From Geosiphon pyriformis uo1 (taxonomy: Eukaryota; Fungi; Glomeromycota): 64,000 nucleotides of DNA. Both the position numbers and the translations under genes were made by a program. Numbering within the stretch: the first letter of the stretch is position 1; the number at the start of each line of letters is the position of its first letter. Where the stretch lies: positions 991,085 to 1,055,084 of the forward strand of contig JAAOMT010000135.1 in assembly GCA_016748015.1 (NCBI GenBank), written 5' to 3'. This document shows, in pieces, positions 12,163 to 26,000 of this stretch. A model generated the notes under the pieces. The model saw nothing but the letters and a program-made list of their open reading frames with translations. It was not told the DNA's origin and searched no databases.

Positions 12163-13240
12163 CACCATCATCACCATCATCTTTGCCTCCTTTTTTTTCA
12201 CTCATTCTTTCTAATTTTTCATTAGTCTTTGATTTGCGCTTGAAAGATAAAAATGACAATCTTGAAGCTCTCTTTGATGAACGTGGAGAATTTGTTGCTG
12301 TTTTATCATCTTCAGCCGACACATCATACTCGTCATTATCACCCAACATTGTCGGTAATGAAGGGTGAGAATCTTGAAGCTTTAGCTTCTGTTTTTGTTG
12401 CTTTGTAATTTTTTGCTGCTGTTGCAGTCTTAAATGTTCTTTCGGTTGCGCAGAGGGACCCATGTGGCTTAGTGTCAAAGTGAATTGACGATTTTTCTGT
12501 TCTTCCTCGGCCAATATTAAGTCCTCCGAAGTGTTAAAGTACTTGTCCAGCGTGAATTCTAAACTTTTCAATGTTTCCCCGGATTTTTTTATTCCACTGA
12601 GATCATTTACATCACTGTTTGAATCCACTAATTGTTGCTTTGCATCTTGTTGAAAATATTGAGTGATTGAATTAAGATCAATATTTTCATGTGCCCCAAG
12701 CGTAGTTGTATCACTTATCGATGAGATATTGAGTTTACGCAGATTAATATGACTTAATTTAGAAAGTTCAACCACTTGATTCGAAGCAAGAATTGGGGGT
12801 GTATAAGTTTTTGAAGTTGATGATAAAGATGTATTAGAGCCCATAACCTTCAAGCTGTTAATTACTCCACCTACGCCAACTTGTTTTCTGTATTTTTCCA
12901 TCGTAAGGTTTTCTGTCGAAGGAAATTCTTTGGTTCTACCAATGGTCGAATAAAAAACATTTTCATAAGATCCCTTAGGATTAACGTATTTGAAGTTTTC
13001 TGTGGATTCTCTAGGAGTCATATATAGCGATTCGAAACGTGATGAACCCATCGAGTCAAATGATGATGTATGATTATGTTGCAATTTCTCGCGCGGGAGA
13101 CGTGGTAAAGATTGTTGTCTGGGAAGCTGCGAGACTTGCTGAGATGATTGCTGGTCTTCGTCAGCAATCGCCTCAAAGAATATGTCATCACTAGATTCAC
13201 TTCCAATGGATGATTTCGGCGTATGCCGTATTGCTTTCAT
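10173..13240 (-). CDS. Major facilitator superfamily drug:H+ antiporter (DHA2/14-TMS type) with a long N-terminal low-complexity extension; 3 exons
   Basis: ATG at 13240 (MKAIRH). Splicing gives MGTSLVFFLVILDINIVATQIP (motif D1-like). The last exon has FGRK, RAVSGLGGG, GPLLGG and WRWSFYINGP, with many hydrophobic helices. Confidence 0.88.
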
Positions 13241-13684
13241 TTCCACTGGCAAAAGGATAATAATTTTATTTGAAAGATGGATTAACGGTAAATATTTTTT
13301 CAATCCTCGCTTCTTATTCTATTTTTAATGCATCTAGTTTTTTGAGGGAGGGAATTATTTTAGAGGAAAAGTAGTAGAGAATATGGTAGAAGGAAGATGA
13401 GAAACGAAACGAAAAACCATGTTATGGTGTACATGAATAGGTCTGTGAGTTTGCAAGAAGCAAAGTACATAAAATGTGACCATAAAATTTTAATTTTTTA
13501 TTTGTACACAATTAGGTAAAATTCGAAAAATTTGAGCCATTTTATAGAATCAGTGTAACTTGGAAAAAGTTACATATGCAAACAATTAATTTCCTGTGCA
13601 TCAAGTTGCGTTCTGATTTCCAAAACCAATTACAATAAAGAAAACCTTTTATTAAAATAGGGCTGCCTATTTTTAATTAGGTTA

Positions 13685-14851
13685 CCAATGTAGACACAAA
13701 ATTAGACCGATTTTCTCAAGATTAAAAAATGTTATCGATATTTTTAATAAAGTAACTTTTTCATTATAACTTGATTATTGAAAAAACAAACGTATACCAA
13801 TGGGTCGCATAACCCTTTCTTTTTATAACTTTTTAACACGTTTTTGGCATCAAGTTATTAAATTGAAGAATTCCCTCTAATGGAATAACGTTTCACACAG
13901 TAAAGACTGCCTCCTCCAAGTTAGCTTCAATTCGTGGCTTTTGGTTTTGGTGAATCCAATTTTTAACTTCCCTCTACATATTTTTCATTGGACTAAAATC
14001 TGGCGATTGTGGAGGCCACAATTCCAAGATTATCTTGGAGTGAAATATTGCTTTTTCACCAGTCATAATTATTGGCTTCCAAATGTTTTACCAGCCATAC
14101 GTGAGGGGTATAAATCAAATGATTCACATCTTGTCTGCTAATATTTTCCCATACCATGATAGATTTACGTCCACGTTTAACTTGTGTATGATCAGAGTTA
14201 TAAAGCTTACTTTTATGATAGCATACACGAAAATTTCCATACGAATCAGTGCTTATATAGGATTCGTCTGTCCAAAGAACACGTCGCCAATCCTCTTTTG
14301 GTCCATTTTAACCTTTGATTCGGTTTACTTCATTTAATAATTGGTTTCTTACACATTATATAGAATTTAATTTTGTTTTTTTTTTCAGAGTTTTCATTAA
14401 AGTGCTAATGGACATAAAAATTTGGGTTTTTAGATGAGATTTCGGCTGTTTTGGCTGGATTTTTTTTGATTTCCCGGAGAATCCGACGTTCAGAACGTTT
14501 ATCAACAATACATTTTCGACCAATATAATTTCTTTTTAAATAATCACTATTTTTTGTTAATTCTAATCGTTTAAGACAACTTTTACAATCGCGCAATTTT
14601 TGCGGTGGACACCTTTCTTGAGCATTTTTACCGCATAAGATTCGTTTTTACCAAGATCTTTTTGGAGACCCATTTGTGTATACATTTCGAATTTTCAAGT
14701 CACTCTTTAATGAAATAATAAATTAAAACGAATGTCTTTTGTTATGAATAATAACCACGCAAGGGCAGTTTTAAGGTTGCCAGTATTATTGCAATCTTTA
14801 AAATTCTTTCCGATTTCCTCAAAATCGTCCTAATTTTGTGTGACCCGTCTG
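13685..14851 (-). mobile_element. Degraded Tc1/mariner (IS630-Tc1) DNA transposon
   Basis: Imperfect inverted termini sharing ACACAAAATTAG(AC/GA)CGATTTT, each next to a TA. Minus-strand transposase remnants: GRKCIVDKRSERRILREIKKNP, IMVWENIS and WPPQSPDFSPMKN (compare the family motif WPxxSPDLNPIE). Confidence 0.8.
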
Positions 14852-14859
14852 TACATATT

Positions 14860-15800
14860 TTAAAAAAAATTACGGTTAAGTAAAATAAAGACATATAGTC
14901 AAAAGAAATTTAATTCAATTCAACAAAATAAAAATTTATCTATTGTAAAATAATTTTATAAAAAAATCATAATAATCTCTATTTTTTTAATAAAAGTTCA
15001 AAAGCCTGTTATCAAAATGTAAAACCTTTATTAATATATTTTGATTACAAATACAATATGTATTTAACATAATTATTATTTTATTTTTATATTGCTTTAT
15101 TGAGTGTAGTTCTTTCACAGTCTACATTATACAAATATATGTTTATTGTAAATGTGAACTACATGTCTAATTTATATTCATGTCTTACAGGTTATAAAAC
15201 TCAAAATTTTTGCACAACTACTTTTTTTATTTTAATATAATAAAACTGCATTAAAGTTATTTCTAATCATAAAGATATTCAATATTAAAGTTACAATATT
15301 CTCAATAATTTTAACTATTTTTATTATTTTAAAATCTGTGTTATTATATTTTCAAGTATTATAATATGATTTAAGATAAATTACCATTCAAATTTTTTAA
15401 AAAACCTTATGTTTCTTAAAGTATTAGATTGAAGCAAATTCAGTTTTTTAATAAAACAGTATTATTAATTAAAACTTAACCTAAAAATTAATACAAATTT
15501 AAATTTAATTCTTATTATTAACTTAATATATATTATTATTTTACAATTATAATTAATTATCTAATTGTTTTTTTAATAATAACAATTTTATTAAACACTT
15601 TAAACCTGTTTTTAATTTATTAAAAAATATGTTATAAAGATTTTAAAATTACAGCAAACTTTGCAATTTTAAATATAATAAAAAAAATTAACAAATTCAA
15701 TTTGATAATAATATTTAAAAAGATTTAAAATACAAACTTTCATATAAGATAATTTTAAATTTTAAATTTAAACTAATAAAGCCAAAAAATAATTAAAGTA
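14860..15800. other. Extremely AT-rich, CpG-depleted desert
   Basis: Almost only A/T with no ORF; abuts the tail of LINE copy 2. Confidence 0.7.
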
Positions 15801-15949
15801 TAATTTTTTTATTATTATTATTATTATTATTGCTTAATGAATGAGGCCCAAACACTACCTAGTGCTATACATCAAAGAATTGATCTAAACTAGGTGTGAA
15901 TCATGCATTTTCTACATGTGACCAGCCACTTGAGCCAATCAGAACAACA

Positions 15950-18900
15950 CTATGCATCTATATGAACTGATACTGAATCACCTACACCTGAAAAGAACAA
16001 ACAGGACTTGCAAAAACCAAAATGAACATCCAAAGCATTAGTGACACCAAGTAATTTAACCACTCTTGCAGAAAACCTTAAAGCCAAACCATGAATTGAG
16101 ACAACAGCCGAACCATCTGATGGAATCAATCCATTTTTTTCCATATAAGCATGATGTTTAGCACGAACTGACCAGACATCTTCTCTGAAAGCAAGACCAA
16201 GAGAATGCACAAACTTGATAATCTCTAAAATTGCAATTTTGGGGTCGCGAAAGACACAAACAACTTCACGAAACCAACCATTGAAAACAAAGCTCTTAAA
16301 AAGAGCCATGAACACAGAGAAATCAGATACACAGGATGACAACAAATGTAAAATATCCAAAGAGAAAAAAAAGGAACCAGAAAGCGCCTTCCAGACTTCT
16401 ACATGAGAATCCAGCAACTAACATCAAGTAGACTTGTCAATCTTGCAGGAGAACACATGATCTGACACCTCTATCTCACCACAATATAAGCATAACACAC
16501 TAGGATAGTGTCTATTATAAAGACATTTTTGTACAGCAACTGGCAGCTGATAGTACAGAGCCTTCATAAAGTAAGTGTGCACACTGGCCAAATGCCTGCT
16601 GGTAAAACCCATAGCCATGTGCAAGTCAAGATGCCATACCAATGACAAGCAGAGCCAATCAACTTCGGAAAACAGACTTCCCACCAAAATCTTAAAACCA
16701 GAATCAACCTCCCAGTGTACACAACAAACAGAATGATAAATATCACAGATAAAATGTCTTGCATTCCCAGAAACAATACCACCATCAGCCGCTAAGAAAT
16801 GTTCACTCAAGCGGGGGGGGGGGGGGAGGGGGGGAAAAAAGATACCATTTGGAGAAAGAAGCGGTACCAGTGATCTCATCAGCATACTTGTTTCTCAGAA
16901 CACCAGAATGACCTTTTACTTTGTGGAAACTGACCCCCAACTCCTTACTGCAAATCAAGTTGACAATATGATGACGTTCAACTCAACACTGATTACGAAA
17001 ATCGGGACACACCAGATTTAACTCCGATCTGCAAGCATCCAAAGCTAATTGACTATCTGAAAACAAACGAACAGAGCTTGATGAAGGGACACACTCCAGA
17101 GCCAAAGCAATAGTCTGCAACTCCATTAAAGTAGATGACATCAAACCCAACACATTAACGCCCAAACTCATACCAATGTCTTCAAAAAAAACAGCAGTGC
17201 CAGCTCTACAGCCAACTGTGCCAAGATTACTAAGGAATCCATCTGTATAAACTGACAAACTGTTAACACCAGTCACCAGGAGACAATCACGAACAAGCAC
17301 ATATTCACTGAATTCGAGAATGTTTAAAAGGCCACCATTACCCAAAACCAAAGGCGAAGTGTGAGAAGATCTCACACTATCGAGAAACAAAACAGAATGC
17401 TTGAATCACTCAAGAACAGGGCCACAGGGGTCCAATCTCTTCCACTGCTTGAAGGTATACTAATCATAAACAGCACCATGATGGTCACAAAGTTAATCCA
17501 CAAAAGCAATACCATACTGCCAAAGGGATGGGAGAAACCTGAAAAACCTTGACTCACTCAGGACCGTAGACATTGGTACCCCACCACGAAACCGAAAGGA
17601 ATTGACCAAAGAGCCACCCAGAGACACATTGCAATTAAGAAGAACATGAACCATGCCTGCCAAAAAGTTATTAGATGCACTAACCCGAATATGGACAGGA
17701 GAACTCAATGGATAAATAGGACACCAACACAGAACTTGCAAGTCATGAGACCTGTGGAAAAACAAACGACCCAAAATACCACTAGAGTTTGCAAAACTGA
17801 CAAGAGAAACAATCTTGCTTTCAGACTGAATTTGAAAAAATGACTTTAAACCATAAAATGAAGGGTGATGAATCACATCATTAGGGAAATTGAGTGGTAG
17901 ACCAGATTTGAGTTTTAAACTTTTACAAATCAGAGCATCCTACTTGTTACACATGCCAACAGGAACAAAACTGAACTGAATTCTATAGCTGACTATTGGA
18001 TATAGAACTGCTGACACCAAATACAAGAACTGTTTATCCAAGACTGCCTTCTTTAACACCAGATTGGTGAAAAAGCAAACGTCCGAATGCGCCTTAACCA
18101 AACTAGGCTTCGAAAGACCCTCAGTCAAGAGAAAAATGCCCAGATATCAGTGTGATTCCCCCTTTTTGGCAATAGAAATGGGTGAACTGCTGATAGAAAG
18201 AGAGGAATTGCTAACTCTGCTATTGATAGAAATGGTTATCATTTTGTCATTGTTAATAGAAATGTTATTAACACAAAAAAATTCACTAGCAATATTGAGA
18301 ATATGTTGAGTAGCCATCTGACTGCTGCCAACCCAAATCGTATTATCAACAAAAGCACCAGCAGCAAAAAAAGAAGAAAACCCAGCCTGAGATTCAGAAT
18401 AACCATTTTTGGAAACAAAGTGAGAATTCAACCTATACCCATATACACTCTCCTGTCTTTTGACTTCGTACAAAAGGAGATCATAAAATATGCACCAGAG
18501 AAGAGGGGAAAAGACTTCTCTCTGGTCCAAACCATTATGCATACAATAACCACTTGTTAACCCAAAATCTGTCATAACTTGGTTGGTACAATCCCTATAA
18601 ATACTGCCAAAAAACCAAATAAATTTGCTACACATCTTAATCCTAACCAAACTCTTCTTAACTCTCAGCCAACCAAGTCATACGCTTTTTGCATGTCTTG
18701 AAGAACCAGCCAGAGCTCCCTGTTTTTCTCCAAAGCATCTTTGACCACTGATCCAATTGCAAAAATAGGAGACTGGATTGTCATATCCTTTAGAACCAAA
18801 AAATTGTCTTCCTGAAGAACATTGAAAGTGCTACATGCCAAAGAAATCCTGTCAAAGAGAATCTTGGAAAGAATCTTGCAAGCTGTCTCAATCAAAGCAA

Positions 18901-20654
18901 TAGGACATGTATTCATCAGAACACCTTTCCACTCATAGGGTTTGGAAATCATCGAAATCCATGCTTTCTTCCAAGGGCTAGACACTAATTCTCCGGATAA
19001 ACAAGAGTTCAAAAGCACCAGCAACATATTCAAAACTGACCTATCACAGTGTTTCCAAAGCTCATTTGAAATACCCAACAAACCAGCTGCTTTGCCATCT
19101 GAAAGATCAGAAACCACTTCAAAGAACTCATCATACCCAATTGAGCACATAACTCCAGAAAAAGCTTCATCAAAAACATATTCCAATAATTAATACTGGT
19201 AACACCAATCAACTGAGATATCACTGACCACCTGGCGCTTCCTAGTCCAACCTTTCATGATCGCATTTACCTTAGACTTAACCAGATCAGGTTCCAAAAT
19301 CAATTCATCATTAACCACCAAATGATCCAGCACAACCTTATAAAATGGGTGTTCCAATACACTCCTTATCATATGACCCTTATTCATTTCAAAGCTTTTC
19401 ATCTTTTTGCTTATGGCAGACCTGATGTTTGCCTCTTTAGCACTCTGAGACTTAACAAGCTTGGATGCCCAATAAGATTTCCTAACATCCAGAAGAGCAA
19501 AAAGAACATGACCAGATTCCACACCAGAGTTCACCAAATCCTGAATGGTTGAAGCTAAAACACCATCCAAAGAAGCCCAATGCTCCATGAAAGAAGCAAA
19601 ATCTAAAGCACACCCCACACGAGATGCCTTAATAATCTTCGAGACCAGAAGCTCCAATTTGTGAAACTTCAAAGATTTTTTGGTAAAGACATCATTGAAT
19701 TCCTTGAATCATTTTTTTTTGAAAACCTTACCAGCTAAGAAAATCATTATCCTGTGAATAACACTCCACATCGCATCCAAATCTGAAAGCCTCACAGAGG
19801 CATCAAACTCATCTGAGAACAAAGTAGTATTGGCTGATGTAGCACCTTTAAAACTGTTCCACTTAATCTCATCAGCACCCTTGAAATCGAATTTCCAACA
19901 GTCCCTATTTGCTTGCCTGCAAAAAGAGTTTAACTGCGTATCCAAAAGCCCATCCAAACCTACAGCCATTGAAACAGCTTGGTGATCTGTGTTAAAATGC
20001 TCACTGATATCCAAAACCTCACAATTCACTATCATATTGATAAGATTTGAAGAAACAAACACATAGTCAATCGTTTTTATAACACCCCTAGAATTTGCCC
20101 AAGTGGGCAATTTTAAAGCTGGGCTCCCAGCCAAAGAATTCACCAGACCCAAATCTAGACACTTTTTAAAACTTGCACATTTATAAGAACCATTTTCATT
20201 GAAATTGCCACCAAGAACAATAAAGGAAGATTCATTAACAGCTTTTGCAATGAAAGAGTTGACCTTACCAGCCTGAAAGAACCGAACTGCTGAGGAAGCA
20301 CCAACATATAGTCCCAAGATAGACACCAAAAGTTTATTTCTGAAAAGTAACTTAATAAACAAGAGCCGACCAGGCACTTTTGAAACCTTGCACACATGTT
20401 TTGCCAAAGAAGAATTCATGATGACCATGACATCAGCACCCAGATAGCCAGATTCCAAATCAGAAGTAAACACCTGCACACCATCAAATTTGTTGACAAT
20501 CCAGGGGCGAATCTTCCCTTTTAACTTAAATTCTGTAAAAATTAAAACTAAATTGTTTTTTTTTCTTATGCCAACGAATGACATTGTCCTGTTTCACAGG
20601 ATTGTTCATTCCTCTGATGTTGCAAGTAGCAATATTCCAAATCAGATTAGTCAT
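15950..20654 (-). pseudogene. LINE ORF2 (APE-RT-RNase H-CCHC), interrupted
   Basis: ATCNIRG, GGNFNE, IDYVFVS, QDMQKAYD, AFVDNTIW, VYTDGF, FSDSQ, CLYCGEIEVSDHVFSC. Confidence 0.92.
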
Positions 20655-22441
20655 TGAGAAGAAGAAAAATTTGAAACTGCACCAAAACTGTCCACTTTGG
20701 CCAAAAGATTCAGAACTGTTTTCATCAGACACTTCATGCTGTCTTCCAACTTGGACACCACAGATACATCAAAAGACACTGCTCCCGCAACAACCTCACC
20801 ACTGATGGCTGCACTCAAACTCTCACTCATCACTATATCCACCCCTTGATTCTGTGATGAGGGGGTCACCAACAGCTGACATCCAGGGCTTGGCTGGGAA
20901 ACCATTGGCCCAAGTGCATCTAACCTCTTAGCCAGCTTATCTATCTGCTTCGTGAGGCTGGTAAGACTGCACTCAAGAGCGGCAAACCTATCATCAACTT
21001 TTATCAAAACCGGCAGGGATGGCTTCATCTTCAAAGAGGAACCAAATTTCACAGAAACATTTCATCCAGAGAGAGGGGAAAAAGAAGACCCACTAGCAAT
21101 CTTTGTCCAAGAGAGACCACCAAAAAAGACTGGACGAGCAACTGGAGCTGATCGTTTGGCATAGATGGCTGCCAATCTGCTTTTATCTGTGTCTGACAGG
21201 GCTCTACGCAAAGACAAATCTGAGAAAACTTTTCCACCAACCTCACAGCCCAATAATGTATGGCCTGATTTTCCACACTTGGCACACTTAGCTAAAACAA
21301 AACAAGACCAGTGGAGATTGGTGCCCCTCAATACTGGCGTGGTTCCCACGATGGCATCTAGTAATTCAGCAGAATTAAAACAGATGACAACACACTTAGC
21401 CCTAGCATATGTAACCGGATAATGATCAATAACACACATCCTCCCACCCACTGAAACAACAAAATCTCAGATGTCATGAGCAGTCATTCCCATTGGTAAA
21501 GTATAGAGCAGTGCCCTATGCTGGTCTCTTGTGTCTCATAATTTTTTGTCTAAATCCGATCTAGCTACCCACATAGCATCCTTTCTGATTAAGATTGACC
21601 ATTTTGCCGCAACCAAATCAGCATGACCTGATTGCTCAAACTCTACTACAGCTTTCTGCCACAGCCCCACCAATTGTATTTTGATCAACTTAATTATCCC
21701 AAACTTGGAGAGCGCAGCATGCACAGCCTCAGCTGACATTCCAATTGAAATTTTCTTCAACACCACAGCCCGATCTGAGTGACCAGCAGATTTTTTAAGA
21801 TCAGTGTTTACCATAATATTCGCATCAGTAGTCATTTTGATAGTCTTCACCAAACTCGATTCGGAAGTGAATATTGTCCAGATGATTCCAGCAAATTTTG
21901 AGGGGGTAGAGGCCCCCCCAAAACCATTGATTCTCGAAAACAATTTTCTGACCACCACCAACTTCTCTTGAGATGATTTTCCAGTAATTTTGTCTAAGCC
22001 AATATCTAAAGCGAAAGATTTATGGATGGAAACGGCAATCAACTTTTTGACAGATGTGGGAAGTGCCAGCAGAGTATTAAGGAGAACATCATCATCATCT
22101 TTGTCGAGCAAAAAATCAATCTTTCCCAATGGTTTGCCCAGTGCCTTTTTTGTTTTGACTTTTATACCCATAGGTGTCTGATCATGATCCCCTTCAGTAA
22201 GAGCACTGCCTTTGCCGTAGTCGAAACTGGTTTTCTCTATAAGGCATTCCTCTTCCATGTCAACACTTTCAAATTCAGTGGTGTCACTAGTCTCAGAACC
22301 TCATGAGCTACTTTTCCGAACTTTAGGACTGATATCACTACCACCAGAACCACCTTCCAAAACCCCACCTCTTCTCTTTTTACCCGGAAGAATAGGTCTG
22401 AAGCCGTCACCAGAAATAGAAGCTTTAATAGCATTCTTCAT
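20651..22441 (-). pseudogene. LINE ORF1, interrupted
   Basis: KIQLVGLWQKAVVEF and CAKCGKSGHTLLGC; start codon position approximate. Confidence 0.85.
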
Positions 22442-23082
22442 AACAGCAATACTACAGCCAACAGTGGCCTCGTAGTCAAGAATAAAAGGTTTAGATTTAT
22501 CATACTGAATTGTAAAAAACTTTTTTCAAAAAACTTTATGACTCTTTTTTAGGAATTTGGGATGAAGGAAAGAAAGAATTTCTTTTTAATATTGTAATGT
22601 ATAATTTTTATATAATTTGATTTAATTTTTAAAAATAAATATTAAATATTTATTAAAAATATTAAAAAAATATTGTTTTAATTTTTATAGTATTAATTCA
22701 ACTTTTTAAAATTAAACCTAACAGTTTTAAAGTTCTTAAAAATATAAATTATTGTTTTTTAACATACAAAAAAAAATTTTTTTTAGTATTCTTGGTTGGT
22801 TTGTTTTAAAAAATAATAATATTATTATTAATTATAATAATAAAAAACAAAAAAACTGTAGTTTTATTATTAACTTATTATTAAAAATATTAATTTTCTT
22901 GATAATAACAATATTAAAAAATTGGTTTAAATTTGTATTATTTATAATTTTTTTTATTTTATTTAATTTAACAAATGCAGTCCAACCACTACCTAATTAC
23001 ATAAAACCAAAAAAGCTTTATATTAAGTGTGTCTTATGCATTTTTTACATGTGACCAGCCACTCGAGCCAGTTAAGACAACA

Positions 23083-26000
23083 CTACACACCTAAAACACC
23101 AGATGTAGGGAAATCATATAGAAAACCAAACTACAAACTATGTAATTAAGGATTAAGACCAAAACATATATGTATATCTAGCTTAATGCTGAAACTATTA
23201 ATCATGTCACAGGACCAGACTGAAGACAAATCAGACATTAGTAGAATAATAGATCCATCATATGGCAAAAAACCATGTTTTTCATAATGGGCTCTCAGTT
23301 TGGTCCTTGGCATTCATACACCAGATCTATAACTTTTAGCAAAATGGCAAACCAGATCAATGACCAAAGCTCCACTATTCGAATCACTTTCTAACAAATC
23401 TTTTGCTTCATCTACCCATTTCTTCAACATAAAACTTTTGTACAAAGTTATGTACAGACAATCTGAACCCATAGCCTCATGAAACGAATAAATTACCATG
23501 CCACAAGTGGTATGCACACCCAACAAAATTGTCCAATCTTTGATGGCATCTGAGATTAAGTTTTTATGAATGTTAGCATCAGAAACACAGACAAATAAGT
23601 GATCTGAATCTTCTAAAAGTCCACATAGAATGCACAACACATTAGAATAACCTAAATCATATAACTTCTTTCTCTTGGCCACAGATAGCCAGTAGTGCAA
23701 GGCCTTCATAAAATATAAACAAAGTGTCACAGTAGCAAAACCTGTGTAATCAGATCTAACATGACCGTCTGCATGTCATACATTGAAAGTGCAACGCTTG
23801 TCTATCAGGCTGCTAAGTGCTCTATCAACTATGCCACTTGTGTATTTGGATTCCCAACCAACAAGATTGACAGCATCATAAAGTCTATTAATTATATGAT
23901 AAGTGTTGTCAAAAAGGGGTCTATCTTCCATGCTAAAGAAGTGGAGTGATGTCTTGACAGGAAGAATGAAATTAGAACCAGTAGCAGCTCCAGTAAAGAA
24001 ATCAGCACACTTGTTGTTAACAACACCAGTGTGGTCTCTCACTTTGTTTCAGGTAATCAACAAATTTTTTGAAAAAATAGTTTCATGGACAAACTCACAC
24101 TCCATCCAGCATTTTTTTCTGAAATCTGGTCTGTGGCTTTATAAAACCATTGCACATAAATCCAGCAAAGCCTGACTATCAATAAACAACACCATTAAGC
24201 TATGATCAGGGACACAGTCCAAGGCAAGAATAATGGCTTGCATTTCTGCAAGCATAGAAGACAGTAAACCAAAAACCCTAACACCAACACCAACATCAAC
24301 ACTAGAGAAATAAGCAGTAGTGCCATTACAAACACCAGAGGAACCAAGATCTTTAACTGAACTGTTAGTGTAAACATGTATAATATCAGAACCCACTTGT
24401 TCTAAACAATCTTTGACATAACCATTATCATATGAGCAAAATTTTGAAGAAAGAAGTTGTGATAAGATCTTACTATTAACCAGACCACCAAATTCAATGA
24501 AGTTTACAAGAGAAATAAACCAACCAGGAGTCAGTTCTCTAAGGTCTAGCCTTTTTCATCTACAAAACGAATTCCACATGAAACACCTGCCATGACAGTC
24601 TAAAAGCTGGTTCACATAGATTATCCCAAACCTTTTTAGCAAACTCACAACCTTAATATAAGCATTTAGCCCAAAAATATCTGTAGCAATAACACCACTG
24701 CTCGCACAAAACATGTTCATTGCACTACTTTTCAAAAACAGGCCACATGATAAAAGTGTGTTCATTATGCCAGCTAAAAAACAGTCTACAGAACTGATCA
24801 AAAGTGTCATTAAAAAATTGAGAGAGTTCTGGGGCATCTAATTGATGGCCTGTAGATCCATCATACAATGTTCAAACAAATTGCTGAGTATGCCACAGAA
24901 TTAGTAAAGAACACAAAATTGGCCAGTGAATTTTTGGCCAGGAGCTACTTAAAGGGAACCAAGTTATATAAATTCAGGTGATATAAGGCCTTATTGGAAA
25001 AATCTTTGGAAAAATTAGCCTTGAGTTTCAGATCCTTTCTCAACAACCTGTCACATTTTTCACACATATTAATAGGGACATGACTAAATTAGACCCTATA
25101 ACTAATAATGGGCTGCAAAACAGCAGAAACTAAATACAGGAATTGTTTATCAAAAACCACTTTTCTCAGAACTAAGTTCATAAAAAACTTCAAGTCCAAA
25201 TGTGCCTTAGCAATACTAGGATAAAAAAGACCCTCAGTTGACAGAAAAATGCCCAAGTATCTATGAGTCTCACACTTCTTTACTATTATAATATTCGATC
25301 CACTAATCACTAGCCAAGGATTAGCAACTCTTCTGTTGATTGGTATAGCAACTGTTTTGTCTGTGTTTATGGAAATGTCATTAATATAAAAAAACTTACT
25401 AGCAATATCCAAAATACTCTGAGTTATAGCCATGCTATTTCCAATCCAAATTGTGTCATTCATAAAGGCTCCAGCAGTCATAAAAGACATCTTGCTAGTC
25501 CTAAGATCCAGTTTGCCAGTGTGCATAAAAAACTTGGATTCTATTCTATAACTATATGTATAACCAAGCTTTTTAATCTCACAAAGCAAAGAATCATAAA
25601 AAATTCTTCACAGCAATGGAGAAAAAACTTCACCCTGGTCAAGTCTATTATGTACAATGTACTCGGATGTGAGCCCAAAATCTGTTATAACATGGTTCAT
25701 TCAACCATTGTGAATATTCTCAAAAAACTTAACAAAACAAGAACACATTTTGATCTTGGTTAGACAATTCTTCAAGTGATGCCATCCAACAAAGTCATAT
25801 ATCTTGCACATGTCCTGTAACACCAACCATACTTCTCTGCTCTTTTCCAAAGCATCTTTAACTATTGAGCTGACAGCAAAAATTGAAGAAAGAGTAAACA
25901 TGCCTCTTAAGACTGAGAAGTTATCACTTTGAAGAACATCAAACTTACTATATGCCAAAGAAATTCTGTCTGAAAGCAGCTTAGATAGCACCTTGCAAGC

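Larger units (their letters stand above)
15803..22586 (-). mobile_element. LINE copy 2, degenerate, full-length
   Basis: Minus-strand ORF1 and ORF2 fragments, conserved 5' motif at ~22515-22586, 3' UTR hairpins at ~15900-15945 and a (TAA)n tail at 15811-15831. Confidence 0.95.

Noticed and set aside
22752-23054. 100-aa ORF rich in F, I, K and N
   Set aside because: Translation of AT-rich spacer plus the antisense LINE 3' UTR.
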